IMG/VR virus record: IMGVR_UViG_2563366953_000005
Span: 1-39,664 of that record
Origin: a virus
Taxonomy: Duplodnaviria > Heunggongvirae > Uroviricota > Caudoviricetes
DNA length: 39,664 nucleotides
Direction: 5' to 3' (one strand)
Shown here: positions 34,642 to 39,664 of the stretch, piece by piece
Position numbering within the stretch: the stretch's first letter is position 1
Layout of the letters: each line of letters opens with the position of its first letter
Translations under genes and position numbers: made by a program
Notes under the pieces: generated by a model
The model's input: only the letters and a program-made list of their open reading frames with translations
Told to the model about the DNA's origin: nothing
Databases searched by the model: none

Positions 34642-34941
34642 ATGAACGTTAATCAGCAGAAAAATCTTCAAAAAATCATGCTGGCATTCGACAAGGACTA
34701 CCGCCTGTCAGAACAGCTATATGACCGACAAGTTGAACTGATTGAGAGCATCCGACTTCATCAACTGTCCTCAACTTTCGACGTTGTAACAGGCAAAGGC
34801 GTTCGTCATGAAGTGCTGGAGGCTGCTAAAGACAGCCCTGAGTTCGAAGAACTGATGGATGCCTACCGGCGCGAGGCAATGGCAATTATAGCGCGCTGGG
34901 ATCTGGCGGATCAGCTTGATGGGCAGAGGGACGCGGCATGA
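34642..34941 (+). CDS. Hypothetical early protein
   Basis: 99 aa from the ATG at 34642 with SD gggaggg; ATGA overlap with the downstream exonuclease gene. Confidence 0.45.
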   Translation: MNVNQQKNLQKIMLAFDKDYRLSEQLYDRQVELIESIRLHQLSSTFDVVTGKGVRHEVLEAAKDSPEFEELMDAYRREAMAIIARWDLADQLDGQRDAA

Positions 34942-35837
34942 TGCGGAACGCTGGAATCATGGATAGAACAAAATACATCGGAGGAAGCGATGTTGCAGGG
35001 ATTCTTGGAATTAGCCCATGGCGCACCCCGCTTGAGGTTTATCTGGATAAGGTCCAGCCACGTGTCAAACCAGTAGACCCAAGCAAGCAGAAAGTTTTCA
35101 CGCGTGGCCAGCGTATGGAGCCATACGTAATAGACCTGCTTTCTGAGGAAACAGGGATGGAAATCGTTCATCGCGGAAACCGCTATATCCACCGTGATTA
35201 CGATTTTATTGCAGCTGAGATCGATGCAGAAGCAGCGTCAGGCGAGAACATTGAGATCAAAACAGTTAGTCCGTTCAAAGCCAAAGAATGGGGAGAAATC
35301 CAGACAGATGCAATTCCTGTGCATTACACGGCCCAGGCCATGCACGGGTTGATGGTTACAAACAAACAGGTATGCGTTTTCGGTGTGCTTATCGGTGGCG
35401 ACGACTTCCGAATCTATCGGGTTGAGCGTGATGAAGAAACTATCCAGGCGATCTTAGAAAAAGAAATCGCTTTCTGGGACCGAGTGAAAAATCTTAACCC
35501 GCCGGAAGCTGCCAGCGTAAGCGATGTATCGCTGATGTTTGAGAAAGATGCCGGGACAAGTATCGAGGCTGACGGAAAGGCACTCGCACTATTCAACGAT
35601 CTACGAGACATGAAATCACGCAGAAAATCACTGGAAGAAGAAATAGCTATATCAGAAGAGAAGCTGAAGATGTACATGCAAGAGCACTCAGTCCTGACCC
35701 TGGACGGAAAGCCGCTCTGCACATGGAAATCTCAGATCAGCAACAGATTCGACCAGAAGCTATTCCAGTCAGTACACCCTGAGTTATTCGAAAAATTCAA
35801 AACAACAACGACACAACGCGTCTTCAGAATGAAGTAA
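34938..35837 (+). CDS. YqaJ-type viral recombinase exonuclease (lambda Exo-like)
   Basis: 299 aa; N-terminal GGSDVAGILGISPWRTPLEVY motif characteristic of the YqaJ family; paired with a RecT gene. Confidence 0.8.
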   Translation: MMRNAGIMDRTKYIGGSDVAGILGISPWRTPLEVYLDKVQPRVKPVDPSKQKVFTRGQRMEPYVIDLLSEETGMEIVHRGNRYIHRDYDFIAAEIDAEAASGENIEIKTVSPFKAKEWGEIQTDAIPVHYTAQAMHGLMVTNKQVCVFGVLIGGDDFRIYRVERDEETIQAILEKEIAFWDRVKNLNPPEAASVSDVSLMFEKDAGTSIEADGKALALFNDLRDMKSRRKSLEEEIAISEEKLKMYMQEHSVLTLDGKPLCTWKSQISNRFDQKLFQSVHPELFEKFKTTTTQRVFRMK

Positions 35838-35846
35838 GGAGAAAAA

Positions 35847-36869
35847 ATGTCTATCAATGCACTTAAGGCAGCGGCTACCGGTAACCAAGTTGCACATCAT
35901 AATGAGAAACCAACAACTCTGGCCGGACTTCTGGCAGACCCAAAAATTAAAGCTCAGATGGCTTTGGCACTTCCAAAGCACATGACAGCAGACCGTCTGG
36001 CGCGCATAGCAACCACAGAGATCCGAAAGGTTCCAAAACTTGCATCATGCGACCAAGCCAGCTTCCTGGGGGCAATTATGCAATGTGCCCAATTGGGTCT
36101 TGAACCAGGCGGAGCTCTTGGACACGCTTACCTGATACCGTTCGACAAACGCCAGAAAGTAAATGGAAGATGGGAAACCGTATCTACAGAAGCACAGCTG
36201 ATTATCGGCTATCGCGGAATGATTGACCTTGCCCGCCGCTCTGGGCAGATCCTGAGTATCTCGGCTCGTACCGTACATACAAACGACAAATTCAGCTACT
36301 CATACGGCCTGGAAGAAACGCTCGAGCATTTACCTTGCGAAACAGGTGACCGCGGAGAATTAACGCACGTTTACGCCGTTGCACGACTGAAAGATGGCGG
36401 AGTCCAATTTGAAGTTATGAGCCGGGCAGACATTGAGAAAGTTCGTGCACTGAGCAAAGCCGGTAGCAGTGGCCCATGGGTTGATCACTTCGATGAGATG
36501 GCTAAAAAAACAGTAATTCGCCGACTATTCAAATATCTTCCTGTTTCTATTGAAATGCAGAAGGCTGTTGTTATGGATGAGCGCGCTGAAGCTGGACTTA
36601 GCCAAGATAACGCAGCTGTTATCACTGGTGAATATTCCGTAGTTGACGATGAGCGTCAACACCTGTCGCCAATTTCAGATTCAGAACGAGAAGAAGCTCG
36701 AGAATATATCATCGCGATACTTAATAGCCTGGATCCATCTGCTGAAGATGCAAAAACGATGTTCAAGCGCGCTGAAAATGAGATTAACACCATGGCTGAA
36801 AAGCTCGGTGATGAATATCACCAAAAATTCATGATGACGCTTAACGATATGCGTCCAGAATTCGAGTAA
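35847..36869 (+). CDS. RecT-family single-strand annealing protein
   Basis: 340 aa; core region LGLEPGGALGHAYLIPF...IIGYRGMIDLARRSGQI typical of RecT/Bet-type recombinases; acidic C-terminal tail. Confidence 0.8.
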   Translation: MSINALKAAATGNQVAHHNEKPTTLAGLLADPKIKAQMALALPKHMTADRLARIATTEIRKVPKLASCDQASFLGAIMQCAQLGLEPGGALGHAYLIPFDKRQKVNGRWETVSTEAQLIIGYRGMIDLARRSGQILSISARTVHTNDKFSYSYGLEETLEHLPCETGDRGELTHVYAVARLKDGGVQFEVMSRADIEKVRALSKAGSSGPWVDHFDEMAKKTVIRRLFKYLPVSIEMQKAVVMDERAEAGLSQDNAAVITGEYSVVDDERQHLSPISDSEREEAREYIIAILNSLDPSAEDAKTMFKRAENEINTMAEKLGDEYHQKFMMTLNDMRPEFE

Positions 36870-36918
36870 CCACCACCGCGGCGCCACACGCGCCGCACTG
36901 CAACCAAGAGAGGTATTT

Positions 36919-37167
36919 ATGAAAGGTGCATTAGGTAAGAAGGAACTCCTGGCGGTGGTGCCACTGTCATGGAGCACTATCGACCGTATGGAGCGCGCAG
37001 GGGAATTTCCTAAACGCTGGTATATCACTGACAAACGCTGCGCATGGAACCGTGACGAAGTTGAGCGTTGGCTTGATGAACGTCAGGCAGCAAGCCCGGC
37101 AGAGTTCCAGGGTAAAAAACCTCCTGTTCAGCAACGTGTATATCGTCCCGTGAGCAACGCTGCATGA
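36919..37167 (+). CDS. AlpA-family HTH regulator / excisionase-like protein
   Basis: 82 aa; LLAVVPLSWSTIDRMERAGEFPKRWYITDKRCAWNRDEVERWL fits the AlpA/Xis-type winged-helix pattern. Confidence 0.55.
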   Translation: MKGALGKKELLAVVPLSWSTIDRMERAGEFPKRWYITDKRCAWNRDEVERWLDERQAASPAEFQGKKPPVQQRVYRPVSNAA

Positions 37168-37276
37168 GTGCGCTGCTAAGGCACTGGATCAAATGGTCAG
37201 GATGGTACTTATTCCTGGCCTCTGTTTCAGCATGGCTTTATCTGCTGGCATTAATTTTCAGAGAGGGTTGGATTAA

Positions 37277-37576
37277 GTGAGAAAGTTAAGCCGACTTGAA
37301 AAATATCACATGAATAAGGTTTCAATGCGCAGTCCGTCAAAGATTGTCGCCGTTACTCCTGCGGCGATAGAGATCGAAAAACGCGCGATTGAAAGAGAGA
37401 AAAAAGGGCAGTTCCGCATTGCCGCTCACCTTTGGCTTCAGTGTATGGATGTTGCTTCTGGTGATGTTGAGCGTGCAAGGATCGCGGTTCGCAGGGACCA
37501 ATGTATCACAAAAGGTAACGGCCTTCGCCGTGGAGACTATAGCGGTATAGGATGTTGCGGGGTGGTTTATGACTAA
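37277..37576 (+). CDS. Hypothetical protein
   Basis: 99 aa starting at GTG; overlaps the methyltransferase start; no motif recognised. Confidence 0.35.
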   Translation: MRKLSRLEKYHMNKVSMRSPSKIVAVTPAAIEIEKRAIEREKKGQFRIAAHLWLQCMDVASGDVERARIAVRRDQCITKGNGLRRGDYSGIGCCGVVYD

Positions 37577-38219
37577 GAAATACACACTAATCTATGCAGA
37601 TCCACCCTGGGTATACCGGGACAAAGCCGCAGATGGTAATCGCGGTGCCAGTTTTAAATATCCGGTTATGAGTGTGATGGATATCTGCCGCCTTCCTGTG
37701 TGGGATTTGGCCGATGAAAACTGTCTGTTGGCCATGTGGTGGGTGCCAACACAACCACTCGAAGCGCTAAAAGTTGTTGAAGCCTGGGGATTCCGTCTGA
37801 TGACCATGAAGGGCTTCACGTGGATAAAATGTGGTAGTCGACAACCAGATAAACTGGTTATGGGTATGGGACACATGACTCGCGCCAATAGTGAAGATTG
37901 CCTGTTTGCGGTAAAGGGAAAACTACCTACGCGCATTAATGCAGGGATCGTTCAGTCATTTACCGCACCGCGGCTTGAGCATTCAAGAAAGCCAGATATC
38001 GTTCGTGAAAAACTTGTGCAATTATTAGGCGATGTTTCTCGCATTGAACTGTTCGCCCGCCAGACGTCTCATGGCTTCGATGTTTGGGGTAATCAGTGCG
38101 AAGACCCGGCAGTGCAACTACACCCTGGATACGCGTTGGATATTGGCGGATTAACAAATGCATTCAGCAATGCTCCGCTGTCACCAACAGACAACCAGGG
38201 GCGGGAGCGTGCTGCATGA
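37569..38219 (+). CDS. N6-adenine DNA methyltransferase, MT-A70 family (orphan)
   Basis: 216 aa; catalytic DPPW motif in IYADPPWVY; no adjacent restriction endonuclease gene apparent. Confidence 0.8.
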   Translation: MTKKYTLIYADPPWVYRDKAADGNRGASFKYPVMSVMDICRLPVWDLADENCLLAMWWVPTQPLEALKVVEAWGFRLMTMKGFTWIKCGSRQPDKLVMGMGHMTRANSEDCLFAVKGKLPTRINAGIVQSFTAPRLEHSRKPDIVREKLVQLLGDVSRIELFARQTSHGFDVWGNQCEDPAVQLHPGYALDIGGLTNAFSNAPLSPTDNQGRERAA

Positions 38220-38410
38220 ACAGGGCATCACCAGCAGATTTAAGAAAATGCCTTGAAACTGCAAACATGCTTGCACACAGCGGGATCAGGTTTGTTCCAA
38301 TTCCCGCTGTCACTGATGCTGAATTTGCAACACTGTCAGCAATATTCGAAAACAAAATTGAATCACTGGCAGCAGAAGCCGAGATGGAAGAAAATCAGCA
38401 GAATAATTAA
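38216..38410 (+). CDS. Small hypothetical protein adjacent to integrase
   Basis: 64 aa from the ATG at 38216 (ATGA overlap with the methyltransferase stop); acidic C-terminus; function unknown. Confidence 0.35.
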   Translation: MNRASPADLRKCLETANMLAHSGIRFVPIPAVTDAEFATLSAIFENKIESLAAEAEMEENQQNN

Positions 38411-38413
38411 ACG

Positions 38414-39664
38414 TTATTCCCCCGCCATCCACTTCTCAAACTTCGACGGGGAGAACGGAATCAGATCCGTATGCTCCCCGTTAATCCAGGAATCAATCAT
38501 ATCGGCCCACTGCTGCAACATGTAGGCGCGCTGTCTGGCGTATTCCGCTTTGTTATATACGGCGCGCACACCTTTCTGCTCATGTGCCAGAGCCTTTTCA
38601 ATCCAGTCTGAAGGATAACCAGCCTCATGCAACAACGTACTGGCTGTACGGCGCATATCGTGTACGGTGAAGCCCTGAATATGCCCACCATCTTCATTTA
38701 TTATTTTCACCGTTCTGTCGATCAGAGAGTTCAGCGCGGCATTAGATAATGGCTTCCGGAAATTGTAACGACCAGGAACCAGATATTCACTTCCACCAGC
38801 GCACATCTGCAACCCAACCAATATATCCTGTGCCTGTTTAGGCAGGTAAATAACGTGCGACCGGCTTCCCTTCATGCGGTCTGAAGGAATTGTCCATGTC
38901 CATTTTTTAAAATCTATTTCATCCCACGTTGCATTGGTGAATTCGCCTTTACGAACCATAGTGATAAGCACCAGCTTTAAAGCCATTTTCATAGTTCCCA
39001 TAGCACCAATGGCATCCAGCGTGCGGAAGAACAGGCCAATTTCTTCTGGTGTCAGTGTTCGCTCTCGTGGTTTAAATATGGCGATAGACGAAGGTTTAAT
39101 GTCAGCCGCAGGATTAAACAAACCATGACCACGGTCATTGGCGTGACGGTATACGCTGCTGATGATCTCCCTGGCCTGTACTGCTGTTGCCCGACCACCG
39201 CGTTCGACAATCCGGTCACACAAATCACGAACCATCGATGTGGTAATTTCAGCCATCATTTTGTTGCCAAGAACCGGAAGTATGTCACGGTCGATCACCG
39301 CCTGCTTCATTGCGCGGGTACTGTCAGCCAGGATAACGTGTTTCATATAACTGTCGGTATGTACCGCAAACGTCTCGGCACCACGAATCTTTTTGATACC
39401 GTCACGTTTAGCCGCAGCCGGTGACTGGCCTGCTTTAAGCAGCTTCTTTGCAGCAATCAGTTCTTCCCGCGCTTCTGCCAGGCTGATACCGTCACGCCCA
39501 TACTGCCCGATTACCAGTGTTTCGCGGCGACCGTTGATACGGTAGTCATAGCGAAACGAGACCGTGCCTGACGTAAGCACAGCTACATACAGCCCGTCAC
39601 GATCGGAGACCTTGTACAGTTTGTCCTGCGGCTTGAGGTTTTTTAATTTTGTATCGGTAAGCAC
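38414..39664 (-). CDS. int: Tyrosine integrase (P4-like arm-binding N-terminus); 5' end at window edge
   Basis: 416 codons; N-terminus LTDTKLKNLKP typical of P4-type integrases; C-terminal catalytic region with HDMRRTASTLL (H-x-x-R) and downstream Tyr (AVYNKAEY); first codon in window is GTG at 39662-39664, so the true start may be at or beyond the edge. Confidence 0.85.
   Translation of the reverse strand: MLTDTKLKNLKPQDKLYKVSDRDGLYVAVLTSGTVSFRYDYRINGRRETLVIGQYGRDGISLAEAREELIAAKKLLKAGQSPAAAKRDGIKKIRGAETFAVHTDSYMKHVILADSTRAMKQAVIDRDILPVLGNKMMAEITTSMVRDLCDRIVERGGRATAVQAREIISSVYRHANDRGHGLFNPAADIKPSSIAIFKPRERTLTPEEIGLFFRTLDAIGAMGTMKMALKLVLITMVRKGEFTNATWDEIDFKKWTWTIPSDRMKGSRSHVIYLPKQAQDILVGLQMCAGGSEYLVPGRYNFRKPLSNAALNSLIDRTVKIINEDGGHIQGFTVHDMRRTASTLLHEAGYPSDWIEKALAHEQKGVRAVYNKAEYARQRAYMLQQWADMIDSWINGEHTDLIPFSPSKFEKWMAGE

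Noticed and set aside
1-39664. Search for IS elements, transposases, toxin-antitoxin pairs, restriction-modification pairs, retron reverse transcriptase or other known defence modules
   Set aside because: No transposase-like, reverse-transcriptase-like or restriction endonuclease-like ORF was recognised; the only methyltransferase is an orphan. Absence is based on motif recognition only and should be confirmed with domain searches.

Overview
The window is almost entirely one temperate phage (prophage) genome of enterobacterial type, read here with the integrase at the right edge. I could not run any searches, so all family assignments are from motifs I recognise in the translations and should be treated as hypotheses. 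Layout: (i) 1-1253, two secreted/lipoprotein genes and a terminator, host flank or cargo (unresolved); (ii) 1254-3072 (-), lysis cassette: two membrane proteins, GH19-type endolysin, Rz with embedded Rz1; (iii) 3134-5152 (+), AT-rich O-antigen acetyltransferase, likely serotype conversion; (iv) 5180-27480 (-), podovirus-type morphogenesis module in T7-like order (terS, terL, portal, scaffold, capsid, tail tubular A/B, internal virion proteins, tailspike), interrupted by two small plus-strand genes and a phage-borne tRNA-Arg(UCU) unit; (v) 27521-38410, lambdoid early region: nin-like genes, P-like and O-like replication genes with in-gene iterons, Cro-like gene divergent from a two-HTH repressor-like gene with no recognisable S24 autocleavage domain, then a rightward operon with YqaJ exonuclease, RecT, AlpA-like, MT-A70 methyltransferase; (vi) 38414-39664 (-), tyrosine integrase whose 5' end sits at the window edge, so the att site is outside the window. 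Most notable signals: a near-consensus LexA (SOS) box directly upstream of an 85-aa orphan gene in the late region, which together with the apparently non-cleavable repressor suggests an SOS-controlled antirepressor-type induction circuit; a 15-bp operator-like palindrome TTACC-N5-GGTAA at about 12 sites, in the immunity region and scattered through early and late regions; a perfect 12-bp palindrome GTGACATGTCAC at three gene boundaries; and a roughly 320-nt apparently non-coding, structured leader between a promoter and the tRNA. No CRISPR array, IS element or rRNA was seen.
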